NCBI GenBank assembly: GCA_905178155.1
Contig: CAJINV010000001.1
Span: 15,748,142-15,812,141 of the forward strand
Origin: Amoebophrya sp. A120
Taxonomy: Eukaryota > Protista > Dinoflagellata
Length of the DNA: 64,000 nt
Reading direction: 5' to 3'
In this document: positions 23,470 to 36,200 of the stretch, piece by piece
Layout of the letters: every line of letters starts with the position of its first letter
How positions within the stretch are numbered: position 1 is the stretch's first letter
Notes under the pieces: model-generated
Seen by the model: only the letters and a program-made list of their open reading frames with translations
The model's database searches: none
What the model was told of the DNA's origin: nothing
Translations under genes and position numbers: made by a program

Positions 23470-25364
23470 TTACTTATCACCACGGAATGAGAAGACGGCT
23501 TCTTCCGCATCGAGAATCTGGTAGGCGTATTTCCAAGGAACATCAGGGTCCTGCGGTCGCTGCGTCCGCTTTTCAAACCGGACTAGATTTCGCTCGTCGC
23601 AATTTTGATCCTGCTCCTGGTCCAACGAGATCCGAGAAATAATCTTCACTCGAGTGTCGCCCTTCACCTCCGCTAGGGGACAGGGCAGCAACGGCTTGTT
23701 GTACTTTACGAAGAAATCCAACATCACGTCGTCGCAACTCCACAAAAAATTTCCCTTGCGGCCGTCGGCATTTACTGGGTCCGCGGTCTTCTTCTTGCAA
23801 CGCTGCTTATCCAGGGTAAATACCAACGCAACACTCTTGCTCTTGTTGGACAGGTATCCGGACATGCTCCAATTCTTCTTGATCATCATTGCGCAAACGG
23901 ATCGGGCAACCAGTCTGGATGGTGTCAGGTGAAACGGCGTCAGCTGCAACGGGCTGCAACCAGTCCGGAAAAAATGCCAACTCGCACAGCACTTGTTGAA
24001 CTCCTCTTTGCCGACAGTGACGATTTCATCGGTGCAGCTGTGCTTCCGAAACATATGTACCAAATAGCGAAGGCCATCGCTGTAGGTCGCGGAAGTGACG
24101 CTTAGCGGTACTTCGTCGCCGAAGATAACGCTGGAAAGCGATGCAGCTGTAGGGGACACAGTAGGCGAGGTCTGTGCTTCCGTACCGGAGCTGAAGCCGT
24201 GGTCAGAGACGACGCTATTATTCAACTTGCGGCGTTTGGCGGTTGCGAGTTTCTTTAGTTTCTCCACCCCTGCGTCAAACTGTTCCTCTGCCAAGCAAAA
24301 TCTGTAGGTTCGCGTGTTCTCGTCGCTGACGAAATCTGCTTGCTGTGATAAGAACAGTTTAAAAATTCGATATTTATTGACTCTTTATGTTGGTTTCGGC
24401 TCGACAGTCAGCTGCTAAAAAGTAAAGAATGCAGCAGCTAGTATGTACCTTGCGGGCTATTTCCGGGTCGCGCAAAGATCGCTCGTCACCATATGATGGC
24501 TTGTACAGCGGCACCGTGTCAGACCGAAACGGAAGGCTATCGACGAGAACCAGACCCGCCTTCTCTGCACTATTCTCCCAACCGCCGTCTTGAAATTGGT
24601 CCGGGTTCATCATGATACACACGCACCCGCCAACGTGACGCTGTAGGAGCTGTCGACAACCGCGAAACCATTCCGGGCCCGCACGGTTGGCCCAGGCGTG
24701 GGGGTGCTCCCCATTGCCCTTTTTTCCTTTTCCTCGTTTGCCATTTTTTCCCTTGCCTTTGCCTTTGGTTCCTGAGGACGGAGTAAACTTGTGTGGATAC
24801 GGATTGTTCCAGAAAATTACCGTGTACGAGGGCCGAACGCAGGCGGCACTGTCGGCGTCCGTCGTGGGGTCTTCATTGCTGCACAAATACTCCTCGTAGT
24901 CGCCGGATACACTGACCGCGCCGGGCTGCGATGGTCGCAGGAGCGTCGGCTTCTCTCCGGGTTGTAGCTTTTCGACGGGCCGACCTGTCTGCGTCTCGTG
25001 CGCTCGTCGCAGCGTAGTTGCCGGTAGATCAAACGCATCGACACCGTACAAAACGCGTTGGCCCAAGGCCTCGATGGAGCATGCGTTCTGGTCTCCGCCT
25101 TCTCGGTGGTAGAGGTTCGCAAACTCTTCACGGTTTTTCTCGATGACGGCGCAATCCATGAAGTGATTTCCCACACCGACTGGCTTATCCGAAGCTACTT
25201 AAGAGTGCGGACACCTCGTAGCTGAGGTTGCCGCCCCCGACCGAAAGCACACGTGTCGAGGCATCGCCGGAAAGGGACGAAAACACGACCTCCGCGAAAG
25301 TTGTCTCCTCGGAGTTCTCGTCTTCACTCGTCTCTGAACGCGGGCGTCGCAAGCTCGTAGCCAT
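23470..25364 (-). CDS. BMT5-like (DUF2431) SAM-methyltransferase-fold protein plus unknown C-terminal domain, paralogue A; apparent frameshift near 25200 (possible pseudogene)
   Basis: RVLSVGGGNLSYE, VLYGVDA, VIFWNNPYP, YKPSYG. One intron after PEIARK. C-terminal domain homologous to 28547-29326. Confidence 0.7.
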
Positions 25365-26271
25365 GGCCGGCCTCGTCTGGAGCACGGAAACGTTTGGTCA
25401 GATCAAACCGAGATCGCCCATGATGTCGAGAGACTTTGTCCCGTCAAACCCTAAACCCGGCAAAGAGCCAGAGCCTCGTCCTGATGATCTCTCCCAGATC
25501 ACGTTGATAAAGCTATTCTAACTTTTTTGTCATTTCGGTAAAGAGGTTGCTACTTTACCAACATCGCCTCCATCCCCATCCGCAACCCCGAGCACATTTC
25601 CGCTCATCTACATACAACTCTCATATATCTTTCCCATTCCTTTGAAACGCAACTACACCACTCGTTCTTTTCTCAATCAAATCCTGATCCTCCCCATCGA
25701 CGTCCCAAACGATAACTTAATAATGCTCGCCTGCACACAACAGAAAGTTGGCTGAAGCTGAAACATCTCTCCACCCACTCGCCATAAAGATTTCATCTAC
25801 TTGATCTGCAAAATAAGGGGAAAAAACAGAACACTACAACACGGATCCATCCCCACCCGGTCCGCCAGCATGTCGACTCTGACTTCCAATTTGAACTTAG
25901 ACTTACAAAATCCGGCGTCACTGCACACCATTAACCTCTTGTTCGAAGCTTGAAAATAGAACGGAATCGGAATAGGTCAAGTGATAGTGAAATCTGTCCA
26001 ATCGTTTTTTGTACTAGAGATCAACGAATAGAAGGAAAAAGACGATTTTGCCGATAAGAATGAGGCACTCGTGCTAGCGAGTGCGGTTTTCGTCTTAGAA
26101 AGAGATTGCTATTAAATCAGTTTCAAAAAAAAACCAAAGTTGCAAATCATAAGTTTATACTTTACATACGCGAGAGAGCTCGACTGTCGACGGTGGAAAA
26201 GCGATTAAAAACTTTGAAAAATTCTCTAGCATCTGCAAGAGGCAGATGCTCTGATGGTCGATCAGGTCGGT

Positions 26272-27756
26272 CTACTGCGAGGCACGTGATGGCTTCTTTT
26301 TCTTCATCCGGCTCAGAGCGGCGTCGGCTTCTTCCTTACAGCTGACTCCACCAGACCAGTGCCACTGGGTCGAGCCTTCCCGAACGTCTACAAAACCGTG
26401 AGCCAGCAGATCGGCGAAATCGATACATGTTCCGGAAAAGCCAGATTGTCCGAGGCGGTGACAAATGTGACACACGTCGGGTTTGTGCGGCCCGGTCTTC
26501 ATCGCCTTCTTGCGCAAGAAACGCTCCATGTCCTCGTCGTCGAGCGCGGTGCCCCGCACGTTAGACCCGACCTTCCCGAACGCCAACACCTTTCCCTCGA
26601 CCCACTCCCGCCCACGGTTCCAGCACTCGTTGCAATATTGCCGTTCGAAGCCCTTCTTCAAGCCCTGCGTTTCCTTGTCCTTCAGGTGCTCATGGTACCA
26701 GCAGCACGAGGAAAACCATTCCGTGGTTTTTGCGCCGATCGGCTTGTTGTCTGCAGCAGTCTCCTCCCTCTGCTCGTCGTTCGGCGTCGCAGTGCTAGCG
26801 GTCGTGTTGCTCGGGCCGCGATTAAAGCGATCTCGTGAAGCATTGTTCGCACCCTTGCTGGGACGGCAGCCCTTGCGCTTGCACTGCCACAGCGCTTCGG
26901 CTCGGCAGTAGTGAAAAAAAGTACCATTCTCGTCCGGAAAAATATTTTGGTTGGATTCGAAACAAAACGGCAAACAACCTTCTTTGGCCTTGGCGTCGTT
27001 TTTCACAAGTTGCCAGTCCCCCTCGTCGCCCTGCTCGTCATTCTCGAAGGCGAACTTGCGAAAGATCTCACTTTCCGCCACGGACGCGCCATCGCCTTCG
27101 TCATCCTGTGTCGCGTTCGCTTGGTGAATAGCCGGCAGGTCGGGTTTCATGTGTTCCCACTCCGCGGTGTTCTCATCGACGTAGGTGGAGAAAGGCGTCC
27201 CGCCGAGGATGCCGACGTGAAAGTGCCAAACAATGCGCCCGTTCTCGTTGCACACGTCGTCAAGAGAGCCGAAAAATCTTTGGTAGATCTTTGCAAGCTT
27301 ATCGTGGACTTCCCCACCAGGCACGCCGGTAAACATGGGTTCGTACTTGCGATAGCCTTTGCACTTCGTTAGCAAACGATCCTTTTTCTCATCCGGAAAG
27401 AGAATGTACTTGAAGAAGCAGTGACCCGCTGCCGCGCCCTTTGTTTCGTTCACGTAGTACAAGCTCCAGGTGCTGTCTTCGTCAAACTCCTCGAGCACGC
27501 TGGCTGGCAAGGAGATCCGACGCGGGTGGTGTTCGCAACAGGGCGCGGTCCCGCGGCCATTATCGTGCGGGCCGTTGTTGCTGCTACTGCTTGCGGATGC
27601 GTCAATTGGACCGTGATAGGCTGTTGGTACAATGTAGCACCAGATTGCCTTCATGCCGATGTCGGCGTCTTCGGTGTGCGTGTGTCCTGGAAGCACCTTA
27701 TTGAAATTCCGAGTGGTGTGCAACACCTTGATATCCTGGACTTCCCGCCGCGGCAT
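26272..27756 (-). CDS. Hypothetical Cys/His-rich protein (494 aa), possible zinc-binding modules
   Basis: Single long ORF with coding-like codon use; C-x7-C-x4-C...CWYH, CNEC and CHIC clusters. Confidence 0.65.
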   Translation of the reverse strand: MPRREVQDIKVLHTTRNFNKVLPGHTHTEDADIGMKAIWCYIVPTAYHGPIDASASSSSNNGPHDNGRGTAPCCEHHPRRISLPASVLEEFDEDSTWSLYYVNETKGAAAGHCFFKYILFPDEKKDRLLTKCKGYRKYEPMFTGVPGGEVHDKLAKIYQRFFGSLDDVCNENGRIVWHFHVGILGGTPFSTYVDENTAEWEHMKPDLPAIHQANATQDDEGDGASVAESEIFRKFAFENDEQGDEGDWQLVKNDAKAKEGCLPFCFESNQNIFPDENGTFFHYCRAEALWQCKRKGCRPSKGANNASRDRFNRGPSNTTASTATPNDEQREETAADNKPIGAKTTEWFSSCCWYHEHLKDKETQGLKKGFERQYCNECWNRGREWVEGKVLAFGKVGSNVRGTALDDEDMERFLRKKAMKTGPHKPDVCHICHRLGQSGFSGTCIDFADLLAHGFVDVREGSTQWHWSGGVSCKEEADAALSRMKKKKPSRASQ

Positions 27757-28546
27757 CTTCGAAAAAACAGATGAGGAGTGTTTAGTAGAAACTAAGCCTG
27801 TATCGACACGCTGTAGCCTTGTTTTTGGTTCCTAATCGTGCTGCTTGTTCGACAGCACTTGCACCTTTCGGAAGCTGTCCAAGAAGTGTCAAACGAAGCC
27901 GGAGAAATCACGCAGACTATCGTAAATTACCATACGCTGAAGCAAGGCTCGAGACAGAAAATGGACGCTATGAGTGAGCGAACAAATCGCGCGCCGTCGA
28001 TGAACGAAAAATCTAATGAAAAAATCCAATTCCACTGACTGAGAACGCCTCCGAGAAGAGAGAAAAAAGTGCGTGCAATACTTGCGACCGTCATAGGTAA
28101 GAGCTTCGGCCGTGGTGAGTAGAATTGCTTTTATTACTTTTTGATCAACCTTCTATCTAGTAATGGGATACTTACGCCCTCTCGTAGGTATCGCTACCAC
28201 TATTTACATGACATTGATCAGGTTCAGGATAAATAACGTTATTAACGAACTCATTTGCGCCTCGGTTTTCGTGCAAAGAAGCCAGCACGAAGATGAAGAG
28301 ACATTCACATCGGAAGATTGGTGCATTGCTAATGCTGTGATCGGTGGAGATTGTCAAAATTTTATGTTGAATATGTCGCTTTATGCTGAGTTTGCCGCAT
28401 TCCATCAACATGGATGCCTGGTGTTTCAAAGGTTCTATTGGAAATAACATCTTCCACGTTTGTAAATTTGATGGCACTGTAATATCTGCTGCTGCCAGTC
28501 GTTGGGAAATGAAACGCAAGAGTCGTGATATGCGCAAGCCTCATCA

Positions 28547-30587
28547 TCACGGTTCGCTGTAAAGACAACCCCAAGGAAATCCCGAAGACAGTTTCATCTC
28601 AGGATCATACCGCAAGACGGGTGACAAGGAAACGCTGTCTTTTACAAACCATGTACCGAAGCTTTCGTCGCTGGAACTTTTCGTGATCCGAACACCCACT
28701 GCCAGTCTGGGGGAGCTCGGTCGTGCGTGCGGGCTGTGGCGAACTAGTTGCGACGTTTTCTTCACGAAGAAATCGAACTCCGGTAGCTCAGGACACGTCC
28801 ACCAAACCTCGTTCGAAAAAGCGTCGCTCGGGTTTTTACTTCTGCACCGTTTCCCGTGCAGCAAGCGGACCAAGCAGCTCTGTGCGATGTCAGGAGAGTC
28901 CCTGCCGTCCCGGTCCCAGCCCTTCCTCCACATTGTCGCACAAATGTAATCGGAGAGTGCTAGAGATGCATCGTGTTTCGTCCTTGCAGTAGCTGCAGCA
29001 GAGCTGGTCGTCCCGACGAGCTGCAGCCCTTCGATGTTGTCCGCGTTGCTCCTTGTCCTCTTCTTGACGTGCTCTGTGAAAAACTTGATGAGCTTCTCCC
29101 GTCCTTCCGATACTGTCGCGTCGGTACAACCATGGTTTCGGAACATGTCGACCAGAAATTTCAATGCGCTTTCGAACGTGCACGAAGCAGGATCGAAGTT
29201 CGCACCGAATATCTTTCGTATACTAGGCGCGCCAGCCAGACCCAGATCCTCCGTCCCGGACGACGCATTATTTTCCGTTGGTACTACTCCACCAGCACTT
29301 CGACCAAATGACGAGGACGAGGACACCGAAGCTGCAACTTCGATTTTTCTTCGCTTCGCCGATTGCGCGACGTGCGTCTGCGCCTGAAAATCGTGCTTTA
29401 TCCTGAATTGGTAGGTCCGCGTTCCCGCCTCGCTGACGAACGTCGCGCGTCTGTTACTAGAACCCTTACCCTGTATTGAATTGCAACAAGAGATATTAAT
29501 TCATTGCATATCGCAAGCGCAACGATCTCTACATCAAGTAAATTGATGGCCTCATCAAAGCCATGATGCGAGAACTGATGCAGGGGGACAGGGACAGCTA
29601 CGGAATGGAATCTCATAATTATACCTGGCCCTTGCTATCGGCTGCTATATCCCTCTGTGCCCGCCGATCGCCAAAAGATGGTTTGTAATACGGCTCCACT
29701 TGTTTCCATTCGAAGTTCAAGACAGCCACCAGCTCAAATCCTTCCCGTTCTGCGCATTCCTTCAATCCTGTAGCTTTGAACTGCGTTTCCGTCATTGTAA
29801 TCAAAACGAAGCCGCCTGGAAACAGAATCAGTTTGCAGTCCCGAAAAAATTTCGGCATCATTTCGTAGATGTACTTATGTGGGTGCTCGGGATGCTTTCC
29901 ACAACCTTTTTTTCCGTTCTTCTTCCCCTTTTTACCCCAATTGGTAATGGGGGGCTGGATTGCTGGGTAAGGATTTGCGAAGTAAACGACGGTATATGCA
30001 AACCGGCGGCTTCTTGCATTCGCAGATTCGGAGTGGGCCTCGAACAGGCAGAATCGCTCTCCCGCTCGCAACTTCCCGCGATCGGGTTCCGTCGGCCTTC
30101 CAGTTTGCGTTTCTGCTGCTTCTTCCAGCGTGTCTCGCAGCCGTCTGGCATCAACGCCAAAGAGAACCTTTTGTCCCAAGGCTTCAAGTGCACAGATATT
30201 GGAGTCTCCATCTTCTTTCGAATACTGCCACTTGAACTCCTCCCGTGACCGCTCCAGCACGGAAACGTCCAAACAGTGACGCTCCATCATGTCCGCGCCC
30301 GTCGTACTTGGCAAGTGCTTCATTGCGAGAGAAAGTTCGAGCGAGCAGTTGCCAGACCCTATCGAGAGTATTCGCGGAAGACCATCCGGAGCTTTGGCGC
30401 TGTACACAACGTCGACCAGAGTTTTGGGGTGGATGAGCGCCCCCGGCGGTGCAGTGTAGTTAGCACTGTTTTCTTCAGTCTCATTATCGTCGTCGCACAG
30501 GTTATTTGTGTTCGCGAGTGGCCGTTTCAGAGTCCGCAAAGCAGGCACTCCTGCCTCGGATCGCGGACTCGCATCGCAAAACGGCAT
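28547..30587 (-). CDS. BMT5-like (DUF2431) protein plus unknown C-terminal domain, paralogue B
   Basis: RILSIGSGNCSLE, VLFGVDA, VVYFANPYP, FFRDCK..GGFVLITM, YKPSFG. GT donor after SKGQ; the downstream ORF aligns with paralogue A (LVDMFRNHGCTD vs LVHMFRKHSCTD). Confidence 0.75.
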
Positions 30588-31521
30588 CTCTTCCTCAGCT
30601 GCAGCACCAGCCTTAAATAATCATACAAATAGGCCGTGTTCAAGAACGACAAAGACAAAGAAGTCGATGATGCCCAACTCTAATTTACATCCTACACTTT
30701 CACTTACCAGATGCAGATAGAAGTTGAAGTATTTTCGTACAAGTAGATTCTACACAGAAGTATTTTTGTACAACAAGAGTCCGCTCGTGGTGCAAGCCTT
30801 TTTGTTACACTTCCATCCGTAGCGCATTTTTTTGATTTTGTGTGGCGGAAATGTTTTATTCATCACCCCCCCCCCTGAAAAAAAAACCGACTCCACGAGA
30901 CTGGGAGCAATGACCAATGACAACGTCGACGAGACGCCTGAGTTCACATGCGACACTGGCACAAGAACCGATGACCATGACAAGGAAGTTGAGAACTACA
31001 AAAAAGGTAAAGGAAGATAGAAGAAGTTTCGAAGTAGATCATGCAAAGAAAACAACTTCTACACCGATGAGACCGAGGATACAAAGCGAATTCCACATGC
31101 TGCTGAATGTGAATTTGCATTTCCAATATAGACCTCCGATGCATCACACCCCCGACCGAAAACCTCGACACTCGAACAAACAAGCTGCGCAACAAAACAA
31201 ATCAATTTTACTTCCTCCAGCTCGATGATTCCACCGAGGCACACAGAGCATGGACATGACACAGAAAATGAACATGAACCCGATTTGTGATGAGACGATG
31301 GCTCTTCTTCTTGGGACATATGAAAAAACAAAAAAGAAAAACATGTCTGGCGAAGGCGAACATCAAGAATCATTTATTCATAGATGTATCTATCGATCAC
31401 GGTTTATGACCCGCACACTCAAAGTCAGGTGAATGCACGAGAAGGCAAAAATGAATCAGAAATGCACATCAAGACTGCCCGACATTCTCATCGTTCGTCA
31501 TGTGCTGCAACAGCGAAATTT

Positions 31522-32778
31522 TCAAAGTTCTTCGTCCTCGTCTGGATCTTGTTCCCAAAGATTTACTTCTTCCTCGGAATTTTTTTTTGCTTTCGCCTTT
31601 TTTATCTGCTTGTCTTTTTTTACTGCATTTTTTTCCTGCTTCTTCTCAAGCTTTTCCTTTGCCTTTTTCTCTTTCTCACTTTTCTCCCTTTGCGTTTGGA
31701 ACCCTTCCTTCTTGTCCTGTGCTTTCGCTTTATTCGCCTTCAAATTCCGCTGAAGAGCTCCATCGTCATCATCGTCGTCCACCCCATCAGCTGCCTTCTT
31801 CGCATTCAGCAACTGTTCCAACAATGCTTTCTTCTTCGTCGCCCTTGCGACGTCCACGATCGACACCGTCGGGTCCTCAATAACCGCTTGCGCATCGCCC
31901 AACGCCCGCTGCCGCTCGGCACGCGTTGTTCCGACGAAGCGCCGCAGCATTTTCAATTCTTCCGGTGAGCAGCCCGCTTGCGTGTGAGGTCCGCACTTCT
32001 TCGCTAACCTGGTCGCGACCCACTTCTTCAAAAAGAATTCTTCACGCTGATACTCGTACACTTCGCCCTCCTCCCCGGTCTCGTCCGTGAAATAGCGCAA
32101 CGTTGGATAGCCGGAAACTCGGAATCTGTAGCACAATTCCCCGTTCTCCTCGCAGTTCACGTCCGCAATCTGCACCGAGCCGTCGCTGTGCCACACCTCG
32201 GCGAGCTTGTCCCAGGCCGGGCGTAACGCCTTGCAGTGGCCGCACCAGGGCGCGTAGAACTTGACGAATGTGGAAACCTGCTTGAGATCCCCGTACACGA
32301 TATTGTCGAAGGTGTCCGTGGTTAGCTGCAGCATGTAGGGTGAAGGTTCCCGCGGTTCCTCTTCCTCCGGAGCGGAGGGTGTAGACGAAGCCGTGTCTGT
32401 GGATGAGGGTGTTGTAGTTGTTGACGATTCTTTTTTGTCTTTTACTTTCTCTTTCGATTTCTTCTTTCTTGTTTTCTTCTTTTTTTCTTCGGACCCCGAT
32501 GATGCGCTAGCAGCTCCTGCTGCGCTTCCAGACGGCTTCTGTCCCTCAGAAGCCTTCTCGTCTTTCGCTGCGGAAACGGAACTCATACTCCCCGCCGAAA
32601 CGATCACGGACGAAAGCACTCGTCCGATCGGGTGCTGATTCGCAGAAAAAAGCACACCGGCCGCCACAGATCCAAAAAGCGGCACTCCTTGGCGTCGCGG
32701 TCGTGGACGGCACTTCAGCATTGCTGAGGGTGACGATGATGCGGAACTCATGTTGGTGCTGCCCCTGAGCTTCGTCAT
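31522..32778 (-). CDS. Protein disulfide isomerase-like, single thioredoxin domain
   Basis: FVKFYAPWCGHCK, IADVNC, VSGYPTLRYF; Lys-rich tail ending DEEL (ER-retention-like). Confidence 0.9.
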   Translation of the reverse strand: MTKLRGSTNMSSASSSPSAMLKCRPRPRRQGVPLFGSVAAGVLFSANQHPIGRVLSSVIVSAGSMSSVSAAKDEKASEGQKPSGSAAGAASASSGSEEKKKKTRKKKSKEKVKDKKESSTTTTPSSTDTASSTPSAPEEEEPREPSPYMLQLTTDTFDNIVYGDLKQVSTFVKFYAPWCGHCKALRPAWDKLAEVWHSDGSVQIADVNCEENGELCYRFRVSGYPTLRYFTDETGEEGEVYEYQREEFFLKKWVATRLAKKCGPHTQAGCSPEELKMLRRFVGTTRAERQRALGDAQAVIEDPTVSIVDVARATKKKALLEQLLNAKKAADGVDDDDDDGALQRNLKANKAKAQDKKEGFQTQREKSEKEKKAKEKLEKKQEKNAVKKDKQIKKAKAKKNSEEEVNLWEQDPDEDEEL

Positions 32779-33266
32779 CAGATAAAGTCTTTTTGAAGAG
32801 GAGCCGTCAGCTCAAACTATTTTGTTTCTCCGTTCACTTAGTTACCAACAGGGTCTGCCTCTTTAGAGCGCTGCTTCGTTCCACGTACGAGAGGAACTAC
32901 AAGCCTTCAATCCAGTCTCGGTAGCCGTATCAAGCACTGCAAATGCGCGGAATAAAGGAGCAAAGGTCTTTTTATCATTCAACTTTATGCAGCTTTGCTT
33001 GCTTTTTATTGTTTCTTGGAATTCATTTAGCATTTCCTGGAAGATCGTGTCAAAACTTGGCAGGTGTGTTCATCAGTCTATGCGCAATGTCGTGGAAACG
33101 AAGAAGGTGTCATATCAACGAATTCGTTTATGTATCATACCACTGAGTTGATCCAAAATGGACTTGATACTGCAAAAAATCAATGTGAGGACGAACAGGT
33201 GGAGGTGGACCTGCAAAAGAATCAATTACATTCGAACTACTAGGTAGAAGCGTCGACAGCATTGGC

Positions 33267-36200
33267 TCAGTCGTAAATCTGGTCGAGTTTTTCATTCGTT
33301 AGGTTTCGAAAAATTGTATCTAGACCGATCTGCGAATAGCTGACTTCGCTAATGACCGACGAAAAGTCGAAACTTTCTCTTTTTCTACACTCGTTAGGTT
33401 TCTTTGATAACAGCGTCTCCACACATTCCATCAGATCAGCGAATGCTGACAGTGAAAAATCGGTCAAGGGCGGCGCAGTCACCGCGAACGACAAAACGAT
33501 TCCGGCTGCACACACCGGTTTTACCTCGAAGCCGTTCGGTGACATGCAGTCCGCAATGTGCTTCGTGAAGTGATCGGAAACGCGGCGCATTGTTACCCTG
33601 TATCGAAGCTCGGATTCGAAACTGGCCCACAGATTGGGCAACTGGGGATCGCGCTGTTCCTGATCCTCTCCTATCTGTTCGGAAGAGTGATTGGCTTCTT
33701 CACAATCGCCGCTCGACTGTCTGCTCCCGCTGCTACTATATCCGTCGGTTTCCGGTCCTGAATTTTTCCGAAGATGTTTTGCTAGAAGTTGACGGCTGCC
33801 CTTGTGGTGCAGGAACGCTTTCCAGTCTCTCCGGCGCGCGAAAGACAACAAATCGAGCGGCGCAGGGCTCGAGGCACTCTTTCGGCGGTTTTTCCGGTTG
33901 CTGCTTCTTCGCTGCAACGATTGGTCGTCCATGGCCTCGTGCTCGAGGTGCCCGCGCGCTAAACCCGTTCTGTTCCTCGAGTAACCGCCGTGGACCCACG
34001 AAAAAATTGACAGAGGAAACAACGCCGGAGCTGAGTTTTGTACATCCTCAAAGTCGTCCTCAGTCTCGCTTGGACTCGTTGCTGAGTAGCAAGAATCGGT
34101 ATCGGAGACGCTCGAAGCAGCCCTAGACGTGTCAGATGCAGAACATGTCGAAAGAGCTTCAGACGCACCTGAACCACGCACGCTGCAACTTCCGCTACTC
34201 GAAGACGCGCTGCTATCCTCGCCACCCGCACCAGATTCCTCTTTGTTTCTTTTCATTTCCTCTGCTCGTAAGTCTCCCAAAGCTGTGGCAATATCCAAAC
34301 TCCGAAAGTATGCTAGGCGGAAAAAATCCATGCTGCGAACCAGTTCAGCTCTTTCACTTCTCGTCCATGATTCACCATCTGTTGGTCTTGTTGTTCTGTC
34401 TGAATACAAATCTTCGGTCGGGTCGTCGACGTCGTCGTTCATGTCCAAGCGCAATCGTACCTCGTAGCCCCGTCCGAATTTTCGGCACAGATGCTGAACG
34501 GTGCCAACGCACTTCAGCCGTCCCCGGTGCTGAATGGCGACGCGATCACAGAGCGCCTCGGCTTCTTCCATGGCGTGGGTGGTTAATACAAATGACGACT
34601 CGCTCCGTGTCTGGATCTGTTTTAGTACAGTCCAAATGCTCTGCCGGCCCATCGGATCTACCCCGGCAGACGGCTCATCGAGCAGCACGAGCTGCGGGTC
34701 CCAGAGTAGGGAGAGCAGAAGCAATACCTTCCGCTGGTTACCCCCCGAAAGGTTCGCAAATTTGCGATCTCGGTATTTCGCGAGGTCGAGGCTGTCAAGT
34801 TTGTCCTCTATCTCGGCAACTGTAGTGCTAGTGGGTCCTTCTTGTAATTGCCCTGCGGTTCTTGTTCCAAAAGCGGCACTAGCAAGGTCTCCCTTCCGCA
34901 ACGTTGCAAACAAGCTGACAATCTCCAGCACTGTTAAATCCCCTTGCACGCAGTTGGCCTGTGGGCAGTAGCCAATACGGCGACGGATCTCTGTGATGAA
35001 TTTCGTCGTGTCGTGGCCGTTGACCAAAATGCGGCCTTTCGACAGCGGTTCGAGGCCCATGATCATCCGAAACACAGACGTCTTTCCGCTCCCGTTGGTG
35101 CCAAGCAGCCCGAAGCAGGTACGAGGATTGCCGTTCGCTTGTTGGCACGGGATTGACCAACTGACGCCGCGTACTGCATACACTCTTTGACTGTACACTT
35201 TATGCACGCCCTGCAGGGTGAGAACATGCTTCGGCCCATCACTTCTTTTTGTTGCGTCTAGCGCTCGATCTTTTTCGGCTTCGACGTCAGAATCTGAGCA
35301 CAGAGTACTGTTGTCAGAATCGTCTACGTTTTCATCATGAACGGCGGCGCTTCGAACTTTCAAAAGTCGCTGCAATTGAGCGTCTCGATTTTTCCCGTGT
35401 CGAGTTTGGACCGGCAGTGCAGCAACCCCATTAATAGCATCAGTGGAACTGTTGAGCACTTCGGAAAAAACACCGTCGCGAACGCGATCTTCACCACCCG
35501 CGACAGCTCCACAACGTGATGCTTTCTCGCAAAATGTTCTACCGCATGTTGTTCTCGTCCTGCGCTTTTTTCCCACAAACGACGTGCGCGGCTCCACTTC
35601 TAGTTTTGTAGTTCTAGCCATGCCACTTACCCTTTTCCGTTCCTTCCTTTTTTCGAAAAATCTCGGTTCAGGTTGCAAGCGGCTGCTTCGCCAGACCAAA
35701 ACAAGCTGCAACACGAAAATCCCAACCGTGCACAGAAACAAGTGCATCCACGCGAAGTCGATTTGATCGCCGATCGTCAGGAGAAACCTGAGACTGGTGC
35801 TTTTCAGTTCCACACTCTTCGACATGTAATGCCAGGGCGCGAAGTGCTCCCCGAAGGAGGCACGCGTGAAGGGCGTCCGGCTTGCGAAGTCAACCATGTG
35901 GTCGCTTGTCACAGTCTCCATCAGAGCCTCGTCCTCGGGGTCAGTTCGCGCCTCGTCTCCGGGCACCGCATCCTCCCCGCCACCAGCAGAGTTGGTGGCC
36001 GATGCCATCCAGCGAAGCACTTTTTGAGCACCGCCCAGCGAAGAGAATGGCGGCTCACCCGATTTCTGGAACGCCAAAAGCTGCATATCGTTGGTTCGAA
36101 GGTGGAAAAATGTGCCGTCGCACTTTAAGGTTTGCACCAACACGAGATGCACCCAAGAGTAGAGCTTTACCAAACTTGGCAACACTTGATTCAAGGTCGC

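Noticed and set aside
30816-30832. TCCGTAGC-G-CATTTT resembles the 5' half of the spliced leader
   Set aside because: Wrong strand relative to the genes, needs a gap and lacks the 3' half.
33147-33161. Minus-strand CCATTTTGGATCAAC resembles a dinoflagellate spliced-leader relic (13/15) upstream of the intronless PDI gene
   Set aside because: Two mismatches, including the terminal G, and ~370 bp from the ATG; a match this good is not unlikely by chance in 64 kb.
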